Shown: positions 1 to 10,105 of the stretch, piece after piece
Layout of the letters: every line of letters starts with the position of its first letter
Position numbering within the stretch: the stretch's first letter is position 1
From: a virus
Lineage: Duplodnaviria; Caudoviricetes
IMG/VR virus record: IMGVR_UViG_3300035396_001120
Coordinates: 1 to 35,028 of that record
Reading direction: 5' to 3' (one strand)
DNA length: 35,028 nt
The notes under the pieces: generated by a model
Databases searched by the model: none
Told to the model about the DNA's origin: nothing
The model's input: the letters and a program-made list of their open reading frames with translations, nothing else
Translations under genes and position numbers: made by a program

Positions 1-1
1 A

Positions 2-472
2 AGTCTAGGGGGCGTATTAGCTCCATTTGTTGAGATGGGAAAACTTGACGTTGGAAACATGAAAAAGTTTATAAGTGAAATAGCAGGTCTCACAAACACA
101 GCAAAATTTTCTGAAAATATGGGAATCATAGGTGAGGCTTTAGCAAAACTCAAAGGGGACAAACTAGGGAATATTAGCATAGGCGGCACTGCTACCATAG
201 CGATGGAACTTAAAAAAGAGGATATGTCACAAATAATAGGGCCTAATGATAGTATAAAAAAAGAAATAAAAGATATGCACCAAACATTGAAAGATGAGCT
301 TAAAAAATTAAATAAGAGTTCTCTAAGTATTTTTAAAACATCTGCTAAATCTAATGCAATGCAAGAATTTCAGATTATGAAAAGTCTTAGTGAAGCAGAA
401 AAGAAAAAGGTAGGTGAAGATTATAAAAAATCAGTAGAGGGTACAAAGTCAGAGGAAGCGTATATTAAGTAA
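2..472 (+). CDS. C-terminal fragment of a large tail protein, probably the tape measure protein (5'-truncated by window edge)
   Basis: Frame is open from position 2 (AGT CTA GGG GGC...) into the 35..472 ORF. Helical Ala/Gly/Lys/Met-rich composition. Lies directly upstream of the hub gene with a TAATG overlap, the usual tape-measure position. Confidence 0.5.
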   Translation, partial: SLGGVLAPFVEMGKLDVGNMKKFISEIAGLTNTAKFSENMGIIGEALAKLKGDKLGNISIGGTATIAMELKKEDMSQIIGPNDSIKKEIKDMHQTLKDELKKLNKSSLSIFKTSAKSNAMQEFQIMKSLSEAEKKKVGEDYKKSVEGTKSEEAYIK

Positions 473-3400
473 TGGCAGAGAGAATATTTAAGTCAGCGAT
501 TAAGCCCTCTGACTCCTTTTACTATAAAACATACTACCCTGGGAGTATATCGCCTGAACAATCAAAACTCACGGGCCTAAAAGCATTAAGAGCTAAGTTA
601 GATGCTACGCAAGAGATTGTTGACGGTCCCAGAACCTCGCTATTCTATTTTTTAAACTTTAGATTTGTTTACGAATTTGAAGGGAAAATAAAATATGAAT
701 ATATAAATATACCTAATAAAATAATAAGATCCTTTTCTTGGGAGTTCCCATCACCTATGGGAAGAATGGAATTAGTAGACGCTTCTGGGTATTTCTCTTC
801 TAACCTTCTTTTTAGATTTCTATCTCCTAGTTATTTTTCTCTAAAAGCTGAATTCAATATAGCCGTGGGTAAACCTAAGTTAGGTGACAATAATTATGCC
901 TATGAAGATTGGATAAGTATTAAGTTTGCCAATCCACCGGAAGTTACATATGATGGAGCTGGTAGACTTCAATTTGGAATGAACTTCTTCCTAGACCTAC
1001 CTTCAAGTGATCTATCAAAACAAAGACCTCCATTAGACAGTAAACTAAACTTAACTACAGGTAAATCTATTCAAAGACAAGAACGTTTGTCTAAAATTAA
1101 AGAAGATATCAATCAAAATGGTCTACCCTCTCTTTCAGAGGCAGTGAATACCCCTACATCCGATTTCTTCAGTATAAAGCAAATATTGGATTATCTCTTG
1201 TTATATTCTATTGAATTATCTTTCCAACCTCCACAAGATGCAGACCCTAAAGGTAAAGAGTCTAGCTTCAAAATGCTACCTGCTTTTCAAATTATAAAAG
1301 ATATTAGTAATATCCCCCTGCTTCCTGAGATAACAAGTAAGAAAGTTAAACAATTAAATACAAAAGAAGCAGAGAAAGAAATCATTATAAAAAATTCACC
1401 AATTAGAACTTACTACTACGGGAATGTGCCACAGAAGAATCTCATAAGTTTAAACATAGACGATTCTTTTTCTCAAGCATTCACTATGTTCACAACTCTT
1501 TCGACTGATGGAACTGAAGTTTACGATGGAGGCATGACTAAAAAAGAAGGGGCTTCACAGAACATAAAAATTACCAAGAGTAGTAATATACAAACAAACT
1601 ACCTACAATTAAAAGAGTTTTTACTAAGCACAACTAAATCAAATGAATATGCCGACGATTCACAAATTTTAATAGATGACACTTTTGGATCTGATTTTCA
1701 TTTAGCCGATAAAGTTGCAAGTAAAAATACCCTTGATTTATTCTATGATGAAAGAATAATAAAAGTAACTTGTGATGTAGGAAGTAAAAAAGAAGCAATT
1801 GACTTTTTAATCTTGAAATATTTTTCTCCTTTCTCCGCCCTTAAATATGGAGATGATGAAGACCAAGAAGAGGCGAATGAAAAAGATAAAGATGTAAATA
1901 ATTTAGAGTCAAACATATCTTCCTATGATGCTTTTAAATTCTTAGCTGGTAGAGACTTATATGCAACAGATCCAAATAAAATCAAAATAAGTAGGCAAAA
2001 AAATTATGTCGGCATGAGAGATGATAAAGTTTTTCCAATATTCCATACTAAACCACTAGTTTACCCGTTGGAAGATGAGGCAGACGGAAAAGCTCTATGG
2101 ACAGGGGACAAAGCAGTATTTAAAGAAAATACAGAGTCCTTATCTTACACTGACCTTAGAAATTTCTTATTTATAATATCTAACCCCAAGGTTGAGATTA
2201 TAGAAAATACTGATGATCCACATGTCAGAGAAAAGTTTATCAGGGGCTTAGTTGGTGAAGACACACCATTTAAAAGAATATTAGAAGCAAGGGGAGTCTT
2301 TGAAACAGAGATACTACCAATATTTTCTAATTTTCAATATAAAAACCTTATAGAGAAAATAGATGAGCTATATGGCGGTGAGCTATTTTCCTATGCTAAC
2401 ACATTTATTAGAGAGTTTTTCTCTGATAACTTTACTGGTAGAAATGGTATAAAGAAAACAGATTTATTAGATAAGGATTTCGTATTAGAAGGTAAACCAT
2501 TCGTAGACTTTAGAACTACATTCAAAGATAGTAGAAAAGACAAAAATAAGGATGCGACTAAAGAGGCGGAAGAGGCTAAAAAATATAAAGAGGATTTAGA
2601 GAAATACGATATATTCTTTTTTAAAACCATACTAGACGAAGTAAAACGTATAAAGCTAAAGCCTAAAGCTGACCCTGAGACACAAAAGATACTTGTTGTA
2701 AATGGTTTAAATGTTATACTAAAAAATTACTTAAAAGGTGAGGATAAAACGGTAGAAAAGACAGAAGGCTTAATGCTTATTCGATATATAGATGAGAATA
2801 TTGAGCGCTTTGCTGACCTATATATCGAGGACCAAGGAAAAGGTGCTATTATAGAGCAAATGATACAAAGACAAATGAGCTTATTCAATGAGTGGCTTGT
2901 CGTTCGTAGGTTTTTTACTCTATTTACAAAGTACGCCTTATTTTGTCAAAGTTCACCTCCACCAATGGAAGATATTCTAGGTAAAGAAGATCCCAAATTT
3001 GAATTGAGAAAATATAAAACTAAAAAAGAACAAGAAAATAAACCGCTTATGCTCCGTGATGTGGTTACGATTGCAGATGGAACTGCAATCCCCACTCCAG
3101 AGGAACAGAAAAAAAAAGGTAAAGAGAACTTCGTAGATATAAAATTAAATTTTCCAGATGCAGAATACTTATTTTTCAACACTTATGTAGATGTTGAGCT
3201 TGCAGTCTCTCCTGGTAAAATGGACTTCAATCCTAATAAAGGGGAGTGGGAAACAGTATCTGTTAGAAAGTTAAAAGTAACTCTTAAAAGTACCTTACAA
3301 TCTAAAAGCACCCCTCCTGACATAGATATTACAAATATATTTTTTAAAACGAGCAATATTAAAAAATTAAACTCTACAAAAAAAACGAAAGGTGCGCTCG

Positions 3401-5205
3401 CTTTTGATACGTTAATTAGAAACACATTATATCAGTTATCTCAAAACTTACCAATGACTATGACTGCGACAGTTCTAGGAGACCCCATATACCACCAATT
3501 TACTGGCGCAGGGTCTGCAACAAAGGATGGGTTTGAGTTCTTTAAGAGCGTAGTAGATATGAAAATTTTTGAGATAGAGAAACTAACAGATTCTTTTTTC
3601 TCTACGGCTAATTCCAGAGATGTTGCGGTGAAAGCCTCTCAAAAAATTGAAAATGCAAAGGGTTCTGCTGAAACAAAAGACAAAATTAATATACCATATG
3701 GATTAGATAGAAGACATATGAATCAAGTGTTAAGCACGATGTTCTCTGATAAATACGTGGTAATGGGTGCAAAACATACCATTGAAAACCATAAATGGAA
3801 AACGGAATTAAGTCTTCAAAGACTGTTTGGAGACGTACCAATAAAACCACCAAAAGCTGATCAGACGAATAGCGAATCTACTGATACGACTAGACAACCT
3901 AACACATATCTAGATAAATACGCTTGGGTTTATAACTTGAAAAGCGGAAAATTAGTTACATCGGCAGAAGATTTGCCATATCATGTAATTAAAAATGGTA
4001 CAGCTTCCGATGTTATCGCAAGTTTACTTGTGGAGGATGCTGATAAAAAAGCTGTTATAAAAGATAAGGAAAATCATGCTGTTATCGTTTGGGATGAGCT
4101 TTTACTTTATCTATTACAAAAATACGATAAGAAAAATAAGTCTCAATTTACCAAGACTTCCTCTGTCTACCCACCTATGACTACTATTGTAGGACAGGAC
4201 AGCAAAGAAATAACAAGTGAAACTTCTTTGAAGAACTTAACTAAAAAAGATTATACTGATCTAATGGAAAAAGGTTCTCTTGACAAATTGTATAATATTT
4301 TTACAAGTCTATCTATAATTCTTACATACTATCAGTATGAGATATCAAAAAAAGTAAACGACGTGCTTCCTATCTTCTATCGACTACATAACACCCTCAT
4401 TATGTTAAATGCGTCCAAAGAAGAAGAAGTTACGAATAAAGACTACTTACTTTTACTTCCTGTTTTTATAACAATGAAGGCTATAGAAAAAAAAATAGAA
4501 AAAAAACCCGAACTTAAGTATATAAAAGAAATATGGGACAAACTAGCGGATCAGAAGATAAATAGTTTGTCCTCTGATAAAGCAAGATCAGTCATAAATA
4601 CTGTAATGGAAACGGAGATAAGAGATATCGCTACAAAGGCTAAACTGCAACCCTCCCAGTATGATACAGGACGTAAGACTACAAGTAAACCTCCAAAAGA
4701 TATAATGAAGAATTTTAAAATAGAGGAAGAAGCCATAATTGGATTTATGAAAAATCTTTTCAATCTTTCTGAGGTACTACAGCACAGCACTGAGGCGTAT
4801 GCTATATATAATTGTGCATTAAGCGCAACTAATTTTTCCTCAAACTATTTAGCACTGATAAACGAGCAGAGAACAGCCATCCCTAAGTTTAGCTCAAAAA
4901 ACTACAATGATGATCAGTTTAATAGTTTGTCTTTAATAGAAAAGATGACATATATTATGCAGACTATATTTAATCATAATTTTACAAATGCTAAAGCAAA
5001 AAATAAAAATGCTGTCACACCACTATGGGTTGTCACCTCTAGGAAGATAATAACAGGTAAGCCCAGATACGAAAAGCAAACAGTGGTCGAGGACGGTACT
5101 TCAGTAGACTATCTTGTTCTTAAAAATAACCCAACATCTGCTTTATTTTACTTTATTGAGATAAATCCTTTATATCTCAACAGTACACTTCAAACACTAA
5201 AATAG
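472..5205 (+). CDS. Very large baseplate hub protein (T4 gp27 / P2 gpD / VgrG-N-like fold with large insertions and a C-terminal extension)
   Basis: 1577-aa ORF. N-terminal 'IRSFSWEF...GRMELVD' and later 'TMTATVLGDP...YVVMGAKHTIENHKWKTELSLQR' match the start and end motifs of gpD/gp27-like hubs. Position between tape measure and spike genes fits. Confidence 0.6.
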   Translation: MAERIFKSAIKPSDSFYYKTYYPGSISPEQSKLTGLKALRAKLDATQEIVDGPRTSLFYFLNFRFVYEFEGKIKYEYINIPNKIIRSFSWEFPSPMGRMELVDASGYFSSNLLFRFLSPSYFSLKAEFNIAVGKPKLGDNNYAYEDWISIKFANPPEVTYDGAGRLQFGMNFFLDLPSSDLSKQRPPLDSKLNLTTGKSIQRQERLSKIKEDINQNGLPSLSEAVNTPTSDFFSIKQILDYLLLYSIELSFQPPQDADPKGKESSFKMLPAFQIIKDISNIPLLPEITSKKVKQLNTKEAEKEIIIKNSPIRTYYYGNVPQKNLISLNIDDSFSQAFTMFTTLSTDGTEVYDGGMTKKEGASQNIKITKSSNIQTNYLQLKEFLLSTTKSNEYADDSQILIDDTFGSDFHLADKVASKNTLDLFYDERIIKVTCDVGSKKEAIDFLILKYFSPFSALKYGDDEDQEEANEKDKDVNNLESNISSYDAFKFLAGRDLYATDPNKIKISRQKNYVGMRDDKVFPIFHTKPLVYPLEDEADGKALWTGDKAVFKENTESLSYTDLRNFLFIISNPKVEIIENTDDPHVREKFIRGLVGEDTPFKRILEARGVFETEILPIFSNFQYKNLIEKIDELYGGELFSYANTFIREFFSDNFTGRNGIKKTDLLDKDFVLEGKPFVDFRTTFKDSRKDKNKDATKEAEEAKKYKEDLEKYDIFFFKTILDEVKRIKLKPKADPETQKILVVNGLNVILKNYLKGEDKTVEKTEGLMLIRYIDENIERFADLYIEDQGKGAIIEQMIQRQMSLFNEWLVVRRFFTLFTKYALFCQSSPPPMEDILGKEDPKFELRKYKTKKEQENKPLMLRDVVTIADGTAIPTPEEQKKKGKENFVDIKLNFPDAEYLFFNTYVDVELAVSPGKMDFNPNKGEWETVSVRKLKVTLKSTLQSKSTPPDIDITNIFFKTSNIKKLNSTKKTKGALAFDTLIRNTLYQLSQNLPMTMTATVLGDPIYHQFTGAGSATKDGFEFFKSVVDMKIFEIEKLTDSFFSTANSRDVAVKASQKIENAKGSAETKDKINIPYGLDRRHMNQVLSTMFSDKYVVMGAKHTIENHKWKTELSLQRLFGDVPIKPPKADQTNSESTDTTRQPNTYLDKYAWVYNLKSGKLVTSAEDLPYHVIKNGTASDVIASLLVEDADKKAVIKDKENHAVIVWDELLLYLLQKYDKKNKSQFTKTSSVYPPMTTIVGQDSKEITSETSLKNLTKKDYTDLMEKGSLDKLYNIFTSLSIILTYYQYEISKKVNDVLPIFYRLHNTLIMLNASKEEEVTNKDYLLLLPVFITMKAIEKKIEKKPELKYIKEIWDKLADQKINSLSSDKARSVINTVMETEIRDIATKAKLQPSQYDTGRKTTSKPPKDIMKNFKIEEEAIIGFMKNLFNLSEVLQHSTEAYAIYNCALSATNFSSNYLALINEQRTAIPKFSSKNYNDDQFNSLSLIEKMTYIMQTIFNHNFTNAKAKNKNAVTPLWVVTSRKIITGKPRYEKQTVVEDGTSVDYLVLKNNPTSALFYFIEINPLYLNSTLQTLK

Positions 5206-5215
5206 GAAACTTAAA

Positions 5216-6238
5216 ATGGCTTATCTAGAAGGGAAAACAGTTCAAACTTTTCAGCAAATATTAAACATGGTAAACTCCTTTAAACAGAATCCAGGAGCAG
5301 GTGCGGCAAAATTAATTGGAGAAAACTTACAAGTAGTCATGTCTGCGGGGCTTAGACTTCTTATGGAGAAGTTCGGGGACTCTTATTTTGGGGAAAGAGC
5401 AGTCGGGATAGGAGCTGGAGCAGCAGACCTTACTCTTAGGATATTACAGGCAGGCAAAGCTAGAGCCCTTGACCTACCTCTATACAATAAGTTCCCTGGG
5501 TATATGGCAGTGTATAGACAAGGGGCTCTAAGTCAAGTTATACCTTTTCAATTTGAAGCAAAAGTTACATCTGATGCTAGAACAGCAGAGTTCGACACAG
5601 AGGCATACGGTTTTAATGAAATTTCTACTTATACTAAAACATCACTCCGATCTATCACCTTAGAGACTCAGTATGCTACTTTAGACCCACTTGTGTACTC
5701 ATCTCACTTTGTAGAAGCCAGAATAAGAGAATTACAAAGCCTAGTATATGCAGATACGCATTATGAAGGAGCTCTTGACACAAGTAAATTACAGTCTATG
5801 AATGGAATGGAAGTTGTACCACCTCCTATTGTTGGTTTATTTATTGGTGATAAGTTTATGAGACCTAGACCATCTAGGCTTGTTTATTCCGGAAGAGAGT
5901 TAAAAGTACAAGATGGGTCTACTGGTACTGACGGAAAAAACTTAACTATCATAAATAGAATTGCGAAAGCAGGCAGAGAAGTTATTAAAAGCGTAACTAC
6001 TATGCAACCTATTTATTGGAAGGTTGACTCCGTAAGCGTGGAATGGGGAGAATCTCCAATAAACATAGATATTGAAGAGCTAGACTATAATTTTATCCCC
6101 GGTAATAGTAGACTACCTATGTATCAAAAAGTAACTATAGCTTTAAAAGAACACAGAAGTCCAAATACATTTGAAACCTCTTCAGATATTGCTTCTTATA
6201 ACTCTATTAACTCCATTATCGGTAAAACGATAATGTAA
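5216..6238 (+). CDS. Baseplate tube-initiator protein (tail-tube fold; gp48/gp54/P2 gpU/CIS tube-like)
   Basis: Motifs 'IPFQF', 'RSITLE', 'LQSLVY', 'PPPIVGLFIG', 'VDSVSVEW', 'LPMYQKVTIALKE' are typical of this family. AGGA SD upstream. Followed by a LysM/gp53 gene. Confidence 0.65.
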   Translation: MAYLEGKTVQTFQQILNMVNSFKQNPGAGAAKLIGENLQVVMSAGLRLLMEKFGDSYFGERAVGIGAGAADLTLRILQAGKARALDLPLYNKFPGYMAVYRQGALSQVIPFQFEAKVTSDARTAEFDTEAYGFNEISTYTKTSLRSITLETQYATLDPLVYSSHFVEARIRELQSLVYADTHYEGALDTSKLQSMNGMEVVPPPIVGLFIGDKFMRPRPSRLVYSGRELKVQDGSTGTDGKNLTIINRIAKAGREVIKSVTTMQPIYWKVDSVSVEWGESPINIDIEELDYNFIPGNSRLPMYQKVTIALKEHRSPNTFETSSDIASYNSINSIIGKTIM

Positions 6239-6252
6239 AAAGGATTTTACAA

Positions 6253-6558
6253 ATGGCAGAAGACGCTCTTTATGACACGCTATCGTATTTATATTATGAA
6301 GATAAATACACCTTCAAACAACATTATGCAATAGTAAATGTTACTCCAATAGATTTATCAGATGCGAGCACATTTTTGATAACACCAGAGTACGAGCATA
6401 GACCAGATGCGATAAGTTATTTATTCTACAAAACAATAAAAATGGAAGACCTTTTGTGTATAGCAAACAAGTTTACAGACCCTATTAAAGATTTTTATAC
6501 AGGAAGAACAATTACAATACCTTCTTCAAGATCTTTATTTTCATACTTACAAAAATGA
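6253..6558 (+). CDS. Baseplate wedge LysM-like protein (T4 gp53 / P2 gpX-like)
   Basis: 'YEHRPDAISYLFY...LLCIAN..DPI...GRTITIPS' is the gp53/LysM signature. AAAGGA SD upstream. Confidence 0.8.
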   Translation: MAEDALYDTLSYLYYEDKYTFKQHYAIVNVTPIDLSDASTFLITPEYEHRPDAISYLFYKTIKMEDLLCIANKFTDPIKDFYTGRTITIPSSRSLFSYLQK

Positions 6559-8345
6559 TATATGAAGCAATAGTATCCGAAATAGATAGCAATGGTGTTG
6601 CCTTAGTAAAACTACCTAGATTCACAGAAAGCACGAAACAGAATGTTCTTCCCATAGGGGATTTCTCTACGGTAAAGAAAGGGAGTAGGGTTCTACTTTT
6701 CCAAGCTGACAGCGAGAAAATTTATTACTATATTCAGATACAAGAAAAAAAGATGCAAAGTACGCCTGAAATGGTTGTAACTTCAAATTTTTTAAAACTA
6801 TCAAAACAAGAATGCTCTTGTACTATTTATAATGATAATAGGTCATTGGATGTAAATATAGAAGAGAAAGTTTTAGTAAAAGGGGAGATTAAACAAGACA
6901 TAACCAATACTTCTTTCTTCATTCCGATAGAGGACTTAGACCCAAAAGTCAATTATGAAAACACAATACTACAAATATCTTATCTTCAAGATAAGACGAC
7001 TTTAAAATCTTATAAAGTAAAAATAGTAGATGCAGATGCAATAGAAGAGCCCAAAGGAGTTTATATTGCATACCCTCTCCCAGAGACTCTGTTCCTAATA
7101 GGTACAAACAAAATTCAATACTCTATACAGCCTGCTCTTACTAGCAGCTTAATATCCTCCAGCTATATACATCAGTATACTAAAAACGGGTACGGTATTG
7201 AGATAAATGGATTTTTAAATGGAAAAGGTGGGATACATCTCAAAACCTCTAAATCTACACTTTCTTTGATAGATTTAGAGGTAGTTCAAGATAAAGATAA
7301 CAACAATATCCTTTCTCCAAAAAAGAGCTTTGATTACATATCCTCTACCTATAGCCAGGTATATGGAGGGGATAAAACTATTGAGAAATATTCAGAGTTT
7401 GATGACAAGGAATTTAGAAGACCTTTTGCGTTTGGTATGCACAATAACCAAGAGTTCAATCCAGATGGAGATAATCCACTTAGAGATGAGCAATTCTATA
7501 TTCAAACAGGGAAGCAGAGTTTTCAAATAATAGATACTATTGGAGATGGTGCTGAAACAAAAGATATGGAGTTCGAGCAGACAATGATGTATAGCTCGTT
7601 AGATGGCAATTACTTTAAAATGCTATCTAATCCATCACTAGAAGAAGCCTTGGAACTTAGAACCCACCTAGGACATAATGTTCTTATGAATGGAAGTTCT
7701 CTGATTCTTGAACAACATAAAGGTTACGATAAAGATGAAAGAAAATTAGTAAATAATACAGATGACTTAAATGATAAAGAGCCTGTAAACTTTATTAAGA
7801 TGGACAAGACTGAAGAAGCAGAGTCTTTAGCTCTTGAAAGTCATAGCAATACAAAAGATAAGTATAAAGAAATATTTTCTTCTATGAGTATGGTAGAAAC
7901 AAAAGATTCTTCAACTACTGAAATAAAAACAAGTAGTACCGCAGATATAAATAATACTATTACTGTTGCATCCTTAAAAGATGGGGCAGAAATTACCGTG
8001 AGCAATACTTTTGATAAGGATAAAAGTAACGTAATTACTTTAAAGAAAGATTTAATAGAAGTAAGAAGCTCAGAAGACAAGGTTACTATAAAAATAGAAA
8101 AAGGTAAAATAAAAGTTTTTGCAGAAGGCGATGTTACCTTAGAGACCGAGGGTAAGTTTACCTATAAGGATAAAAACAAGAACGAGATAATAGCCGATGA
8201 TAAAGGTATAAAAATACATGCCGAAGGTGATTTTAAATATGATGATAAAAATGATAATAAAATCACTTGTGATAGCAAAGGGATAAAACTAGAAGGAGCA
8301 GGGTCAACAATTGAGATTAAATCTGGTAAAATCAATTGTTTTTAA
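6555..8345 (+). CDS. Baseplate central spike (T4 gp5 / VgrG / P2 gpV-like)
   Basis: N-terminal OB-fold-like 'AIVSEID..G.ALVKLP...KGSRVLLF'. C-terminal beta-helix repeats, including a 25-aa tandem pair EGKFTYKDKNKNEIIADDKGIKIHA / EGDFKYDDKNDNKITCDSKGIKLEG, ending 'GKINCF'. Confidence 0.7.
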   Translation: MIYEAIVSEIDSNGVALVKLPRFTESTKQNVLPIGDFSTVKKGSRVLLFQADSEKIYYYIQIQEKKMQSTPEMVVTSNFLKLSKQECSCTIYNDNRSLDVNIEEKVLVKGEIKQDITNTSFFIPIEDLDPKVNYENTILQISYLQDKTTLKSYKVKIVDADAIEEPKGVYIAYPLPETLFLIGTNKIQYSIQPALTSSLISSSYIHQYTKNGYGIEINGFLNGKGGIHLKTSKSTLSLIDLEVVQDKDNNNILSPKKSFDYISSTYSQVYGGDKTIEKYSEFDDKEFRRPFAFGMHNNQEFNPDGDNPLRDEQFYIQTGKQSFQIIDTIGDGAETKDMEFEQTMMYSSLDGNYFKMLSNPSLEEALELRTHLGHNVLMNGSSLILEQHKGYDKDERKLVNNTDDLNDKEPVNFIKMDKTEEAESLALESHSNTKDKYKEIFSSMSMVETKDSSTTEIKTSSTADINNTITVASLKDGAEITVSNTFDKDKSNVITLKKDLIEVRSSEDKVTIKIEKGKIKVFAEGDVTLETEGKFTYKDKNKNEIIADDKGIKIHAEGDFKYDDKNDNKITCDSKGIKLEGAGSTIEIKSGKINCF

Positions 8346-8348
8346 AAA

Positions 8349-9212
8349 ATGATAACACTTACTCAGTATTTCTTAGGAAATCACTCTTTTGGAGTTTCTT
8401 GGCCTGATGTAGCTGATGCTACATATTATACCGTTCAAGCAGGCTCAGGCTCTCCCACGGGGCATATACATAGAGTTGAAAATCTAAATAATTTCATAGT
8501 AACAGGACTTACAAAGAATACCCCATATCAAATCCAGGTTAAAGCCTATAATGCAACTAATGTTCAATTGGATTTTGGCTCTCTTAACGCGACCACCGTA
8601 AATGCAGATGACCCAGATACCATCACCAACTCCGTTATATTCACTACTAAACTTAAAGATCAAGAAGTCAAAGGCGATGAGTTTGGTCCCGATAAAGAGG
8701 AAAAATATAATAGTCTTTATGTTAATTGTGGTTTATTAGGTAGCGCTTTTCCATACATTTATTACAATCAAAACCCAGATGAGGTTATTGACGATACAAA
8801 ATTATTCGATCCTGTTACGGATAAAAAAAATCTAACCTCTAGATATACAACTTCATCCGCTGATGGTAGTCCTTTACAATTAACTTTAACAAAAAAAGAT
8901 GTAGAAGACGAAACAGGGGAAAAGTTTGTACTTCCACCTGGAGCAAAAAATCCATTTCCAATAATACAGAAATTATATTTCTCGGCTGCTTTCTTTTATA
9001 TGGAAGACGGAGAGAAGACTCCTGATAAGATAAAGTGTATGCCCTTTACCCCTCCGTCTTTATCCATTTACTTATCTGCTCTTCCAAAAGCAGAAACACA
9101 TCTATATGTTATTACAAAATGTAAAATAGTAAGCGACTCCTTTATTACCTGTCCTGATACCTTTTTAACGACTAAGACAAAACAAAGATACAAAATGGCG
9201 GTGAAAAAATAA
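8349..9212 (+). CDS. Putative virion protein with N-terminal fibronectin type III domain
   Basis: 'VSW..V..ATYYTVQ...FIVTGLTKNTPYQIQVKAYN' matches the Fn3 consensus. The C-terminal part is unrecognised. Confidence 0.65.
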   Translation: MITLTQYFLGNHSFGVSWPDVADATYYTVQAGSGSPTGHIHRVENLNNFIVTGLTKNTPYQIQVKAYNATNVQLDFGSLNATTVNADDPDTITNSVIFTTKLKDQEVKGDEFGPDKEEKYNSLYVNCGLLGSAFPYIYYNQNPDEVIDDTKLFDPVTDKKNLTSRYTTSSADGSPLQLTLTKKDVEDETGEKFVLPPGAKNPFPIIQKLYFSAAFFYMEDGEKTPDKIKCMPFTPPSLSIYLSALPKAETHLYVITKCKIVSDSFITCPDTFLTTKTKQRYKMAVKK

Positions 9213-9213
9213 T

Positions 9214-9609
9214 ATGGAAAATAAACCCGTGGTAGTAGAAGGCTATGAAGTAGATATTAGTGCAAACGGCGGTCAGTCTCCTGGAGACTACGCTAACTTT
9301 ACGAAAATAGTGGAACGAACCGCAGGCGTATTGCAAGGGGATGGAAAGAAAGCTTTAAAAGGCCCAGTTATTGTTAGAATGGCTAGTGGTTGCTCTTTTT
9401 CCGGATACACTTTTGTGATAGGCTTTGGGGTGATGTCTCCTAATTGTGACATACTACGTGCAGAAAATATGAAATGCTACAAAGAAGGAGCAACGGGGGA
9501 TTGTATGGGTTTATTCCTTTTGTCAGCAACCCCTTTCACGCCGTATGTTTGTTCATGCGGATGGGAAATAAGCAAAGCAGGGCAAGACATATTAACAGAC
9601 GGAAAGTAG
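9214..9609 (+). CDS. PAAR-like / spike-tip protein
   Basis: Small Gly/Cys-rich protein with 'KPVVVEG', 'DGKKAL', 'ISKAGQD' segments resembling PAAR-like tips. Two genes downstream of the spike. Confidence 0.55.
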   Translation: MENKPVVVEGYEVDISANGGQSPGDYANFTKIVERTAGVLQGDGKKALKGPVIVRMASGCSFSGYTFVIGFGVMSPNCDILRAENMKCYKEGATGDCMGLFLLSATPFTPYVCSCGWEISKAGQDILTDGK

Positions 9610-9610
9610 A

Positions 9611-9787
9611 ATGAAGTTAAACATAAAATATTTAAAAAAAATAAGCGAAGAACTTAAGCAAAATAAAAAAAAGAAAAAAGAATTAGATGAAAAATTAGCA
9701 AAGTTCCCCAAAGAAGAAGGGGTGTTTATTATAGAAAAGCCTAAAAAGAAAAGGAAAAAAAATGAACCTGAAATACAAGCTGGATAA
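9611..9787 (+). CDS. Small lysine-rich hypothetical protein (58 aa; not in the ORF track)
   Basis: ATG at 9611 to TAA at 9785-9787: MKLNIKYLKKISEELKQNKKKKKELDEKLAKFPKEEGVFIIEKPKKKRKKNEPEIQAG. Exactly fills the gap between neighbouring genes. Confidence 0.6.
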   Translation: MKLNIKYLKKISEELKQNKKKKKELDEKLAKFPKEEGVFIIEKPKKKRKKNEPEIQAG

Positions 9788-10100
9788 AATATTTAAAAAA
9801 AAGAAGGAAAGAGCTCTTCGTATGCTCTATGTATTTGAGATGATTTATGTATCAAAAAAATACTACCCGAGCGGTATTTTTAAAGAGTTTCAGAAAGAGT
9901 TTGATCTATATTGGGATGAATTTAAAAGAGAAATAGAATATGTAGGCAACACTATAAAGTGTACTACATCTCTGTATGCTGTAAAATATTGGGCGTTTAA
10001 ATTAAACGAATGGGAAAAGGAAATAAGACCGGAGAAGGAATATGATATTCTCTTATTCCTTCCCCCAAAGCAAATGGCTTTTAGAGAATCAGATTACTGA
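9762..10100 (+). CDS. Hypothetical protein
   Basis: 112-aa ORF with AAAGGA SD. Last gene of the + strand block before the convergent SSB gene. Confidence 0.65.
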   Translation: MNLKYKLDKIFKKKKERALRMLYVFEMIYVSKKYYPSGIFKEFQKEFDLYWDEFKREIEYVGNTIKCTTSLYAVKYWAFKLNEWEKEIRPEKEYDILLFLPPKQMAFRESDY

Positions 10101-10105
10101 TAATC

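Noticed and set aside
9755-9762. A8 tract as a slippage site fusing the 9611 and 9762 ORFs
   Set aside because: The downstream ORF has its own AAAGGA SD and ATG, and A-runs are common in this AT-rich, Lys-rich DNA.
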